Assembly (NCBI GenBank): GCA_034521675.1
Contig: JAXHLZ010000001.1
Location: 57,629 to 121,628 of the forward strand
Origin: Halobacteriales archaeon
GTDB lineage: Archaea; Halobacteriota; Halobacteria; Halobacteriales; Haloarculaceae
Direction: 5' to 3'
DNA length: 64,000 bases
This document shows positions 29,347-38,190 of the stretch, one piece after another (the first letter of the stretch is position 1; every line of letters starts with the position of its first letter). A program made the position numbers and the translations under genes. A model generated the notes under the pieces. The model was not told the DNA's origin. It searched no databases and saw only the letters and a program-made list of their open reading frames with translations.

Positions 29347-30102
29347 ATGACGGGAAAAGACGAGTACTACAACCGCGCAAAACAGGAGGGGTACCGCGCC
29401 CGCTCCGCCTACAAGCTCAAGCAGCTGGACGAGACGGCCGGGCTGTTCGGCCCGGGCAACACCGTCGTTGATCTGGGTGCCGCCCCCGGCGGCTGGTCGC
29501 AGGTCGCCACCGAGCGCGTCGGCGACCAAGGGAACGTCATCGCGGTCGACCTCCAGCGCATCAAGGATATCGAGGGCGTGGAGACGGTTCGCGGTGATAT
29601 GACCGACGACGACACTCGCGAGCGTATCATCGACCGCGTGGGCGAGGCCGATGTAGTCATCTCCGATATGGCTCCGAACATGACCGGGGAGTACCACCTC
29701 GACGCTGCGCGCTCGGCGCACCTCGCACGGATGGCCTTCGAGACGGCACTCGAACTGCTCGGGTCAGGTGGCGACCTCGCGGTCAAGATTTTCGAGGGAC
29801 AGGACGTTGCCCCGCTGCGCGAGGATATGGAGCAGGAGTTCGAGTACGTGCGCGCCGTTCATCCGGACGCCTCGCGTGATGCCTCCTCGGAGCTGTATCT
29901 CGTCGCGAAGGGACGGCTTACCGGCCCGGTGCGCGAGGGCGACGAGCTGACGGTCGAAATCGTCGACGAGGGAAGCGAGGGCGACGGCATCGCGAAGGTG
30001 GACGGCTTCACCGTGTTCGTCCCCGACGCGACGACTGGCGAGGAGGTGGACGTACGTGTCGACGACGTAAAGCCACGCTTCGCGTTCGCCGAGCGTCGGT
30101 GA
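29347..30102 (+). CDS. rlmE: 23S rRNA 2'-O-methyltransferase RlmE with TRAM domain
   Basis: GYRARSAYKL, DLGAAPGGW, SDMAP, SSELY; C-terminal GDGIAKVDGFTVFV. Confidence 0.95.
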   Translation: MTGKDEYYNRAKQEGYRARSAYKLKQLDETAGLFGPGNTVVDLGAAPGGWSQVATERVGDQGNVIAVDLQRIKDIEGVETVRGDMTDDDTRERIIDRVGEADVVISDMAPNMTGEYHLDAARSAHLARMAFETALELLGSGGDLAVKIFEGQDVAPLREDMEQEFEYVRAVHPDASRDASSELYLVAKGRLTGPVREGDELTVEIVDEGSEGDGIAKVDGFTVFVPDATTGEEVDVRVDDVKPRFAFAERR

Positions 30103-30172
30103 GCGCTCGATAACACTGTGAGAAGACTCGAAGACGAACAACCTATTACTCGGGGTGTACCTACCCTCTCGT

Positions 30173-30349
30173 ATGCCCAAAATCAGTGTCGAGATTCCGG
30201 GCGAACTGCTCGCCGACCTTGACGACCATGTCGGCACGGAGGGAAAGTACGTGAACCGGTCGGACGCCATCCGTGCCTCGGTTCGCAAGAACCTCGACAT
30301 CCTCGACGATATCGACGCTCGCCACGGTCGGCTGGAAGACGATGAGTGA
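30173..30349 (+). CDS. Ribbon-helix-helix (CopG-like) protein
   Basis: MPKISVEIP...YVNRSDAIRASVR. Confidence 0.85.
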   Translation: MPKISVEIPGELLADLDDHVGTEGKYVNRSDAIRASVRKNLDILDDIDARHGRLEDDE

Positions 30350-31052
30350 GCGGCCGATTCCACTCGGCGCGACGGTGCTCGCGGCGCTGTTCGTCACCGC
30401 GCTCATCACCTCACAGCTGACGGCTGCGAAGGTGCTGGCGTTCGGAATCCCGTTCTCGCTCCCCATCGTCGATTCCTCGCTCATCCTCCCGGGTGCGGCA
30501 CTCGCGTACGCGGTGACGTTCTTCGCCTCGGACTGTTTTACCGAGCTGTATGGGAAGCGGTCGGCACGTCGGCTCGTCAACGTCGCGTTCGCGATGAACT
30601 TCGTTATGCTGGCGCTGGTCTACTCCACCATCGCTGCTCCGGCTGCCCGGTCCAGTATCGATCCCGAGATGTTCGCAACTGTGCTCGGCGCATCAACGAA
30701 CATCGTCCTCGGCTCGCTCGTTGGGTATCTCGTCTCGCAAAACTGGGACGTGTACGTGTTTCACGCGATCCGTGAGCGAACGGGAAAACAGAAGCTCTGG
30801 CTGCGAAACATCGCCTCTACGGCCAGCTCACAGGCTATCGACACGGTGCTGTTCGTCGGCATTGCGTTCTATCTGCTTCCGCAGTATGCGGGCATCGGTC
30901 CCATCCTTCCCAACTCGGTCGTGCTGGGGCTCGCTGTCGGGCAGTATCTGCTCAAACTGCTCATCGTGCTCGTGGACACGCCGTTCGTCTATCTCGTGAC
31001 CCGCGTCGTCCGAGAACGAGAGCCGGGACACGAAGACGCTATCGTCGACTGA
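30342..31052 (+). CDS. Queuosine-precursor transporter (VUT/YhhQ family)
   Basis: DCFTELYG, SQNWDV, WLRNIAST..SQAIDT, DTPFVY. Confidence 0.9.
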   Translation: MSERPIPLGATVLAALFVTALITSQLTAAKVLAFGIPFSLPIVDSSLILPGAALAYAVTFFASDCFTELYGKRSARRLVNVAFAMNFVMLALVYSTIAAPAARSSIDPEMFATVLGASTNIVLGSLVGYLVSQNWDVYVFHAIRERTGKQKLWLRNIASTASSQAIDTVLFVGIAFYLLPQYAGIGPILPNSVVLGLAVGQYLLKLLIVLVDTPFVYLVTRVVREREPGHEDAIVD

Positions 31053-31092
31053 ACAGCGATACGTCTTAGTTCGCGACGGCGGGAAGTGAGCT

Positions 31093-31683
31093 ATGCCGCG
31101 CTTCGAGTACCCGTGTCCGGGCTGTCGCACCCGAACGAATCTCCACGACGCCGACTGCGACTTTGACGGCGTCCGCTGGACCGATATCGAAGCCGCCTAC
31201 GTCGATATTCTCTCGCGACTCTCGACGGAACCACACACACAGGCGCAGCTCCGTGCCGACATCGAGGAGTGGGGCGGACTCCACGCCGCCGGCCTCTCGC
31301 GGCTCCGCGGGGACCAGCGCGTCGACGGCGACGACGACGAGCCGCTGGCGCTGCTCACCGCCGAGGAGTACAAAGAACGAGTCACGCACCCGACGATGGA
31401 GCCGCTGAAGACGATCTACGAGCAGGGCTCCGTTCACGGTGCCCACGACAACGCCGTCTTCGCGCTCATCGCCTTCTACGAGATGGTCGGGCTGTCGTGG
31501 CAGGAGACACGCGAACAGATGCTCACGTGGCTGGAGGAGTCGGGGACGTGGGCGCGGGGCGGCTTCGAGGAATCCAGCCCAGAAGAGCTTGTCGACTCGA
31601 AGCGTCACGTCTACGAGCGCGGCTACGGATGGAAACAGGCGGGCAGAGAGGCAAAAGGGGTTATCGACCGCCGGCTCGGGTAA
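31093..31683 (+). CDS. Hypothetical protein with N-terminal CxxC...HxxxC and a PriCT-like helical C-terminus
   Basis: CPGC...HDADC; GAHDNAVFALIAFYEMVGLSWQETREQMLTWL. Confidence 0.75.
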   Translation: MPRFEYPCPGCRTRTNLHDADCDFDGVRWTDIEAAYVDILSRLSTEPHTQAQLRADIEEWGGLHAAGLSRLRGDQRVDGDDDEPLALLTAEEYKERVTHPTMEPLKTIYEQGSVHGAHDNAVFALIAFYEMVGLSWQETREQMLTWLEESGTWARGGFEESSPEELVDSKRHVYERGYGWKQAGREAKGVIDRRLG

Positions 31684-31692
31684 TTCCGCTAC

Positions 31693-32436
31693 TCAGTCGC
31701 TCTGGATGCGTGGCGCGAGCATGTAGGTGACTTGGCCATTCCCTTCTGCGATATCGAAGTGGAGCTTCACGGGGAACTCCTCGCCCAGCTCCATCGACAC
31801 CTCCGCGTCCGACGGAATCGCCCTGTTCATATCCTGCAGATAATCGAGCGAAAAGAGCGAGCGGGCATCGCCGGCGGTCAGGTCGATGAGATCCTCGCGG
31901 GTGAGTTCGAGATGCACGTCGTCGGTGTCGCCCTCGGCGTCGACGTAGAACACTTCCTCGTCGGCGTCGACGCCCAGCGCGATGTGGTCCGAGACCATGT
32001 CGGCGGCCTTGACGGCGCGGGCGATGTCGGCTCCTTCGACGACGATGTTCGCCGGCAGGTCGAGTTCCGGCAGGTCCGGCTCCTGTCGGATGGAGTCGGG
32101 ATCGATGAGCGCGAGCGTCCCCTCCAGTCCCTCGATCTGGACGTGGAGCTTGCGAGTCTCCTCGTCGAGCTCAAGCTGAACGAGCTGGCCGGCGTCGGCC
32201 ATACCGACGAACTCCTCGAGTCGCGAGAGATTGACGCCGATGACGCCGCCGTCGGTCTCGTAGGATTCGAAGGCGGCGGTATCGAGTGTGAGGTTGACCA
32301 TGCCGACGTTTGCCGGGTCAACGGCGCGAATCGTGAGCCCCTCCTCTTCGAGTCGAATCTTACACTCATCGACCAGCACGCTCACGGAGTCTAACGCGTC
32401 TCCGAGCGTGTCAGCGCTCACAATAGCCTTGAACAT
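31693..32436 (-). CDS. pcn: DNA polymerase sliding clamp PCNA
   Basis: [31 protein letters not shown]. Confidence 0.97.
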   Translation of the reverse strand: MFKAIVSADTLGDALDSVSVLVDECKIRLEEEGLTIRAVDPANVGMVNLTLDTAAFESYETDGGVIGVNLSRLEEFVGMADAGQLVQLELDEETRKLHVQIEGLEGTLALIDPDSIRQEPDLPELDLPANIVVEGADIARAVKAADMVSDHIALGVDADEEVFYVDAEGDTDDVHLELTREDLIDLTAGDARSLFSLDYLQDMNRAIPSDAEVSMELGEEFPVKLHFDIAEGNGQVTYMLAPRIQSD

Positions 32437-32529
32437 CTTGTCGTCGGCTACGAAACGGCGTGGTAAAAACTCTCTCATGCCCGTTCGCGCGTGCGACGCG
32501 CCCGCGAGCGCTCCGCTCACTCGCCCGCC

Positions 32530-33540
32530 CTACTCGCCGGCCGGTCGGCCGATTTCGGCGAGCAGATGTCCTAACTGCACCCGGTCGCTCGTGGACTCCG
32601 TCAGGTCGAAATCTACCTCGCCGGCGATCTGATACAGCTTCGCCAGCCGGTGGCCGTCGTACCGCGACCGCGCCACCCGGAGCACGTCCGAGAGGATCTC
32701 GTCGCCGTCGTACCCCTCGTCGTAGATGAGCGTGTCCAACTCCGAGCGGGCGTCCTCGAAGTCGCTCACCTCGGCGGCGTCGAGCATCGCCTCCACCACG
32801 TCGTCGTTGCCGATGTCGCCGAGCGTCTCGTAGGCGGCCGTCATCGTCACTACACCCTCTGTCTCGGCGGTAGTCTGTGCGCCCAACACGGCCTTTCGGA
32901 CGTTACCGTCTCCGTAGCCCGCGAGGTACTCGATTCCGTCGTCATCGTACTCGACACCGGCCAGCGAGACGACCCGCTCTAACGCTTCGACCGTTTCAGC
33001 GTGGTCGGGAGCTCGCATCGACACCGAGAAGCATCGCGACCGGATTGGTGGAATCAGCTTCGACGGCTGGCGGGTCGCGATGACGAACTGCGTGTTCTCG
33101 GCGTATCGCTCCATCACCCGGCGCAGCGCCTGCTGGAAGTCCTCGCGGATTGCCTCGGCGTTATCGAGTAGCACGGTCTTGTATCGACCCGAGACGGGCT
33201 GGTAGCTCGCCGACTCCTTCAAGACGTGATTTATCATATCGCGTTTCGACAGCCGCGATTTTCCGCGCAGGAAGGGGGCGAACCGCTCGTCGTTTTTGAT
33301 CTCCTTCTTCGTTCGGTTGAAGAAGTCGGCGACGTTCAGCTCAACGAGGTCGTTGTCGGGGTCCTCGTGGGCGTCGGCGGCGAGCGCGCGGACCGCGGCG
33401 GTCTTTCCGACGCCCGGTGGCCCGTGAACGACGAGATTCAGCGGCTCGTCGGTCGCCGTCTCGAAGTACTCCACTACCTCCGGCTGTGGCAGGTCGGCGA
33501 TGGCGGGAGCGAACTTGTCGGTCCACAGCGGCGATTCCAT
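32530..33540 (-). CDS. Replication factor C small-subunit paralog
   Basis: LWTDKFAP, GPPGVGKT, QQALRRVME, PIRSRC. Confidence 0.9.
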   Translation of the reverse strand: MESPLWTDKFAPAIADLPQPEVVEYFETATDEPLNLVVHGPPGVGKTAAVRALAADAHEDPDNDLVELNVADFFNRTKKEIKNDERFAPFLRGKSRLSKRDMINHVLKESASYQPVSGRYKTVLLDNAEAIREDFQQALRRVMERYAENTQFVIATRQPSKLIPPIRSRCFSVSMRAPDHAETVEALERVVSLAGVEYDDDGIEYLAGYGDGNVRKAVLGAQTTAETEGVVTMTAAYETLGDIGNDDVVEAMLDAAEVSDFEDARSELDTLIYDEGYDGDEILSDVLRVARSRYDGHRLAKLYQIAGEVDFDLTESTSDRVQLGHLLAEIGRPAGE

Positions 33541-33628
33541 TTGCCATCTCTTTGGCGGTCGCGAGTATGAAGCTGGCTGTTCGGCGAGTGGTGGGAACGC
33601 TGAAGGCGACGCCACGCGCCCTGTCAGT

Positions 33629-34234
33629 ATGCGTATCGTAGTCCTGCGACACGGCGAGACAGCGTGGAACGACGAGGGGCGGATGCAGGGGTGGGCACCG
33701 GTCCCGCTCAACGAGACGGGCCGCGAGCAGGCCACCGCCGCCGGCCGCTATCTCGCCGATGAGTACGAGTTCGATGCCATCTACGCCTCCGATCTCGAAC
33801 GCACCCGCGAGACGACCGAACGTCTCGCAACGGTTCTTCCCGCGACGGACATCGAGTACGACGCCGCGTTTCGCGAGCGCGACGTCGGAATCTATCAGGG
33901 ACTCACCTACGAGACGGTGTTCGACATGTATCCGCGGTTCGCGCTCGGGAAGGCTGCCGCCGAGGCCGCCAACGAGGTGCCCGAATCCGGCGAGAGTCTC
34001 GTCGATATGTACGAGCGTGTCACTGCGGGTATCGATCGCATCGCTGCACGTGACCACGACACTGTCCTCCTCGTCGCCCACGGGGGGCCTATTCACCTGC
34101 TCCACGGCTACGCAAAGGGGATGGACGTTCCAGACGCGATGCTCGCACACGAACAGGACAACTGCGGTATCAACGTCTTCGAGATAGACGAGGAAATCGA
34201 GAGCGTTATCGAGAATCGGACGCCGTGGCGCTAG
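33629..34234 (+). CDS. Histidine phosphatase family protein
   Basis: RHGET, SDLER, GES, VAHGG. Confidence 0.92.
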   Translation: MRIVVLRHGETAWNDEGRMQGWAPVPLNETGREQATAAGRYLADEYEFDAIYASDLERTRETTERLATVLPATDIEYDAAFRERDVGIYQGLTYETVFDMYPRFALGKAAAEAANEVPESGESLVDMYERVTAGIDRIAARDHDTVLLVAHGGPIHLLHGYAKGMDVPDAMLAHEQDNCGINVFEIDEEIESVIENRTPWR

Positions 34235-35118
34235 CTCGTCGGGTACTCGGCAGACAGCACGTTCGTCCGGCTGGCTTGGTCGCCCTCCTCGTCTTCGGTC
34301 TCTCCCGCCGGTGAGACCGACCCCGTTGCGTACCCCTCCAGATCGAGGGTGACGTGATCGAAGCCGCAGTCGATGAGGTGGTCGCGGGCCGCCCGGACGA
34401 AGTCGGCATCGAGCGCGCGGTCGAGTTCGTCCTCGCCGACTTCGATGCGCGCGAGCCCGTCGTGGTCGCGCACCCGGAACTGTTCGAACCCCCACGTGCG
34501 AAGGAGCTGTTCGGCCTGTTCGATTCGAGAGAGTCGTTCCTCTGTCACTGCCAGTCCGGTCGGAATCCGCGAGGAGAGACACGCCATCGATGGTTTATCC
34601 GCCACCGAGAGTCCGTAGTGGTCGGCGATGGCGCGCACTTCGTCTTTCGTGATCTCGTGTTCGAGCAGCGGCGAGTAGGCGTCCAGCTCCTCGACGGCAC
34701 GCAGTCCAGGCCGGTGTCCCTCACCGGGGTCGTCTGCGTTCGTCCCGTCACACACCGTCTCGATGCCCAGTTCGCGGGCGGTGTCGAACAGCTCGCCCAG
34801 TCGCATACTCCGGCAGTGGTAACAGCGGTCGCCGTCGTTCTCGACGAACGCCGGGTCGTCGAGTTCGGAAAAGGAGGTGAGCTCGTGGCGGATGCCGATC
34901 TCCTCGGCGACGGCGGTCGCGTCCGTGAGCTCGGCTGCCGGAAGGGTCTCGGATTTCGCGGTGCAGGCGACGGCTCGGTCCCCGAGTGCGTCGTGTGCGA
35001 TGGCAGCGACGACGGATGAGTCCACGCCGCCGGAGAAGGCGACGAGGACACTGTCGCGCTCGGCGAGATCAGCCCTCGCCGCATCGAGCTTCGTGGCGGT
35101 GGCGTCGGCGAGTGTCAT
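34231..35118 (-). CDS. larE: ATP-dependent sulfur transferase LarE family
   Basis: AFSGGVDS PP-loop, RCYHC, DGTNADD, HRPG, ACLSSRIP, RVRDH. Confidence 0.9.
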   Translation of the reverse strand: MTLADATATKLDAARADLAERDSVLVAFSGGVDSSVVAAIAHDALGDRAVACTAKSETLPAAELTDATAVAEEIGIRHELTSFSELDDPAFVENDGDRCYHCRSMRLGELFDTARELGIETVCDGTNADDPGEGHRPGLRAVEELDAYSPLLEHEITKDEVRAIADHYGLSVADKPSMACLSSRIPTGLAVTEERLSRIEQAEQLLRTWGFEQFRVRDHDGLARIEVGEDELDRALDADFVRAARDHLIDCGFDHVTLDLEGYATGSVSPAGETEDEEGDQASRTNVLSAEYPTS

Positions 35119-35193
35119 GGTCTCGCTCGGAGGTCGAGCGAGAAAAGTTCGCCGGGACGCCAACTACAAGCCGTCCGCTTCCGACGAACGAGT

Positions 35194-35814
35194 ATGAACG
35201 CTGAGGAGTTCACCGCGACCGTCCGTGCGGACAACGACACCGCCCTCTCACGACTTGGCTCGTCAAAATCACTGTACGCCGACACCGCCGGCGAGATGGA
35301 CCCGGAAACCGTCCTGCGGGCCGCGGCTGCGGCCGAACGCACCGCCAGCGAGACGTTCGAGGAATGGGCCGACGACGACGCCGCGGGTGAGTTCTTCGGC
35401 ACGGTCGCCGACGAGGAGCACGACCACTACGAGCAGGTGCTCGCCGAACTCGACGCCGACGCGGTCGAGTCCGACGTGACTGAGATGCACGAGGAACTGC
35501 GCGCTCGGACCGACCCCGTCGAGCGACTCGGCGCGTTCGTCGGCAGAGCACTCGTCGCCGAGAAGTCGAAAGAGCAGGTGACGGGCTTCTTCGTCGGGCA
35601 GGCTGACCCGCAGACGGCGAGCACGTTCCGCGCGCTCGGCGACGACCTCGACGGACAGCTTGCACGCGCCACCGACCATCTCGCTGCGCTGTGTGCCTCT
35701 GATGACGACTGGCAGCGCGCGCTCGACGCTGCGGGCGAGACGATACAGACGGCCTACGAGACGTACACGGACCAGCTGGAAGAAATGGGCGTCAACCCGA
35801 AGCCGGTCTGTTAG
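35194..35814 (+). CDS. Ferritin-like/rubrerythrin-related hypothetical protein
   Basis: Helical acidic protein with EEHDH motif and C-terminal NPKPVC. Confidence 0.65.
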   Translation: MNAEEFTATVRADNDTALSRLGSSKSLYADTAGEMDPETVLRAAAAAERTASETFEEWADDDAAGEFFGTVADEEHDHYEQVLAELDADAVESDVTEMHEELRARTDPVERLGAFVGRALVAEKSKEQVTGFFVGQADPQTASTFRALGDDLDGQLARATDHLAALCASDDDWQRALDAAGETIQTAYETYTDQLEEMGVNPKPVC

Positions 35815-35856
35815 TCGACCGGACTGTTAGCCGCCCGGACTGTTAGCCAACCGGAC
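35803..35856. repeat. 16-bp tandem repeat (~3.4 copies) spanning two convergent stop codons
   Basis: CCGG(T/A)CTGTTAG at 35803, 35819 and 35835; CCGGAC at 35851. Confidence 0.8.
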
Positions 35857-36542
35857 ACTTCGGCTGCGTGCCGGGCGTCTGGAGCTCGATTGCACACAGC
35901 TTCACGTAGCCGAGCTTCGGGATGCCGAACTCGGCAGAGCCGACGACCCACGACGGCTTGACTGGGCGGCTCAGCGACCCGATCTGGTCGTAGCTTGGGT
36001 TGTTGTCGCCCTTCGTGATGAAGCCGGCGTGGGGGGCGGGACAGTTCCGCATCTCGCTGCAGCTGTCTGCGCCGCCGCGGTAGTCCGGATTCGTCTCATC
36101 GTACCAGTTCTCGCCCTCGATCGACCCAGAAGCGAGCTCGGTGGATAATCGGCGTCCCTGACTCGTTATCCGCCCTGAAGATGATGACATCACCGTAGTT
36201 GGAGAACTGCTTGTAGCCGACTTCGCGGCCAGTTTGGTAGGTAACGACGCCCGTGCCGGCGTGGGCGGCGTCGGGCGCGAGCCGCTCTTCATCCATCACG
36301 AACACGAGGTCGCCGACCTTCATATTCGGTTCCATGCTGCCGGACTCGACGGCGACCATCGGGGGCCAGACGCCGCTCACGGCGAACAGCAGGAGCCCGA
36401 CTAGCAGTACCGCGGCGATACTCATCCCCATCTCTCGCACGTAGATGACGGCCCCGTCGTCGGTCGTTCGGAACCACTGAAGCCACTCGCGTAGCTTCTG
36501 GGGCCACTCGCGTAGCCCCTCTGGTCCCGATTCGTCGCTCAT
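35843..36542 (-). CDS. sec11: Signal peptidase I (S26, Sec11-like); frameshift near 36120
   Basis: VESGSMEP, GDLV, IIHRA, TKGDNN; split across two ORFs. Confidence 0.9.
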
Positions 36543-36621
36543 TGTCTCTCATCTCTCCGCGAATCGCTTCAACGTTCTGGGTTTCGGCATGCTTTTCTCG
36601 CTCAGTCGCCTCCCTCGGGCT

Positions 36622-38190
36622 ATGCCAATGGCGTCGCCGGCCCGCATCGCCAGCTTTCTCGCGAGCCACGGCTATAACGCCTCTCGCGAGGCTGTGACCC
36701 TGCTTGCAGGAGCCGACAACGCCGAGCAGGCGGCGCTGCTCGCAGTCGAAGCAACGCCTGACGACGAACTCATCCTTACTGCCGATCACGTGAAGGCCGC
36801 GCTCGCTGACGAGCGCGCCACGGAACGCTCCGCCGGGCCCAGCGGAACCGACACCACGACTCACGACACCGCCTCACACGACCCCTCCGTTTCCACTGGA
36901 ACGAACGGCTCGAAATCGAACGCCGACGGCGGGGACGTTCCAGTTGAAATGGGGGGGTCTGGGAACGTCTCACGCGACCAGTCGAAACAGTCGATTTCGG
37001 TCGCACAGGATATCACGGGCCAGTCAACGGGAACCGGAGAGTACGACGAATTCGTCACCGTCTTTCGCGATCGCTATGAGAAGCTCGCCGGCCAGCTTCG
37101 GGGTCGGGTCCAACACCGCCCCACCACGTCGCTCCAGCGCTCACAGGGCGGCGGCGAGGCCGGTCTCGTCGGGATGATCAACGACATTCGCTCGACTGCA
37201 AGCGGCCACTGGCTCATCGAGCTGGAGGACACGAACGGCGTCTTCCCGTGTCTCGTGATGAAGGACCGGCCGATTGCCGACCTCGTCGACGAACTCCTTC
37301 TCGACGAGGTCATCGCCGTCGAGGGCGGGCTGAGCGACGACGGCTCCATTCTGTTCGTCGATGCTATCCACTTCCCTGAGGTGCCACGCACCTACAGCCC
37401 GAACACCGCAGATCGCCACGTACAGGCCGCGCTTATCTCCGATATCCACGTCGGCTCCGATGAGTTTCTCGAAGACGCGTGGCACCGATTCGCCAACTGG
37501 CTCCACACCGAGGAGGCCGAACACGTCGAGTATCTCCTCATCGCGGGCGATATGGTGGAGGGTGTCGGCGTCTACCCGAACCAGGACGAGGAGCTGTCTA
37601 TCGTCGATATTTACGACCAGTACGAGCAGTTCTCCGAGCATCTGAAGGAGGTGCCCGGCGATATGGAGATTCTGCTGATTCCGGGCAACCACGACGCCGT
37701 CCGGCTCGCGGAACCCCAGCCCGGCTTCGACGAGGAGCTCCGGGATATTATGTCGGTTCACGACGCCCGTATCCACGGCAACCCCGCCCTCGTCGATGTG
37801 GAGGGCGTGCAGGTGTTGATGTACCACGGCGTCTCACTCGATGAGGTCATCGCCGAACTTCCCGAGGAGAAAGCCAGCTACGACGAGCCGCACAAAGCGA
37901 TGTATCAGCTCCTGAAAAAACGCCACGTCGCCCCGCAGTTCGGCGGAAAGACCCGCGTCGCACCCGAAGAGGAGGATTATCTCGTGATGGAAGAGGTACC
38001 CGACGTGTTCCACACCGGCCACGTCCACAAGCTCGGTTGGGGGAAGTATCGAAGAGTTATCGCCGTCAATTCGGGCTGTTGGCAGGCGCAGACCGACTTC
38101 CAGAAATCCGTCAACATCAACCCCGATGCCGGCTTCGCGCCGATTCTCGATTTGGATACGCTGGAGATGACCGTCCACTCGTTCGGGTGA
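36622..38190 (+). CDS. polD1: DNA polymerase D small subunit DP1
   Basis: FRDRYEKL, OB fold, SDIHVGS, GDMVEG, GNHD, YHG, GHVH phosphoesterase motifs. Confidence 0.96.
   Translation: MPMASPARIASFLASHGYNASREAVTLLAGADNAEQAALLAVEATPDDELILTADHVKAALADERATERSAGPSGTDTTTHDTASHDPSVSTGTNGSKSNADGGDVPVEMGGSGNVSRDQSKQSISVAQDITGQSTGTGEYDEFVTVFRDRYEKLAGQLRGRVQHRPTTSLQRSQGGGEAGLVGMINDIRSTASGHWLIELEDTNGVFPCLVMKDRPIADLVDELLLDEVIAVEGGLSDDGSILFVDAIHFPEVPRTYSPNTADRHVQAALISDIHVGSDEFLEDAWHRFANWLHTEEAEHVEYLLIAGDMVEGVGVYPNQDEELSIVDIYDQYEQFSEHLKEVPGDMEILLIPGNHDAVRLAEPQPGFDEELRDIMSVHDARIHGNPALVDVEGVQVLMYHGVSLDEVIAELPEEKASYDEPHKAMYQLLKKRHVAPQFGGKTRVAPEEEDYLVMEEVPDVFHTGHVHKLGWGKYRRVIAVNSGCWQAQTDFQKSVNINPDAGFAPILDLDTLEMTVHSFG
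36881..36902 (-). promoter_or_regulatory. ORB-like sequence inside the DP1 CDS
   Basis: Minus strand GTTCCAGTGGAAACGGAGGGGT, a close match to the archaeal ORB consensus. Confidence 0.72.
36937..36958 (+). promoter_or_regulatory. ORB-like sequence inside the DP1 CDS (inverted partner)
   Basis: GTTCCAGTTGAAATGGGGGGGT, inverted relative to 36881-36902 and 34 bp away. Confidence 0.65.

Noticed and set aside
36881-36958. Active replication origin
   Set aside because: No AT-rich DUE, the G-strings point outward, no adjacent orc/cdc6 gene, and the site lies inside a CDS.
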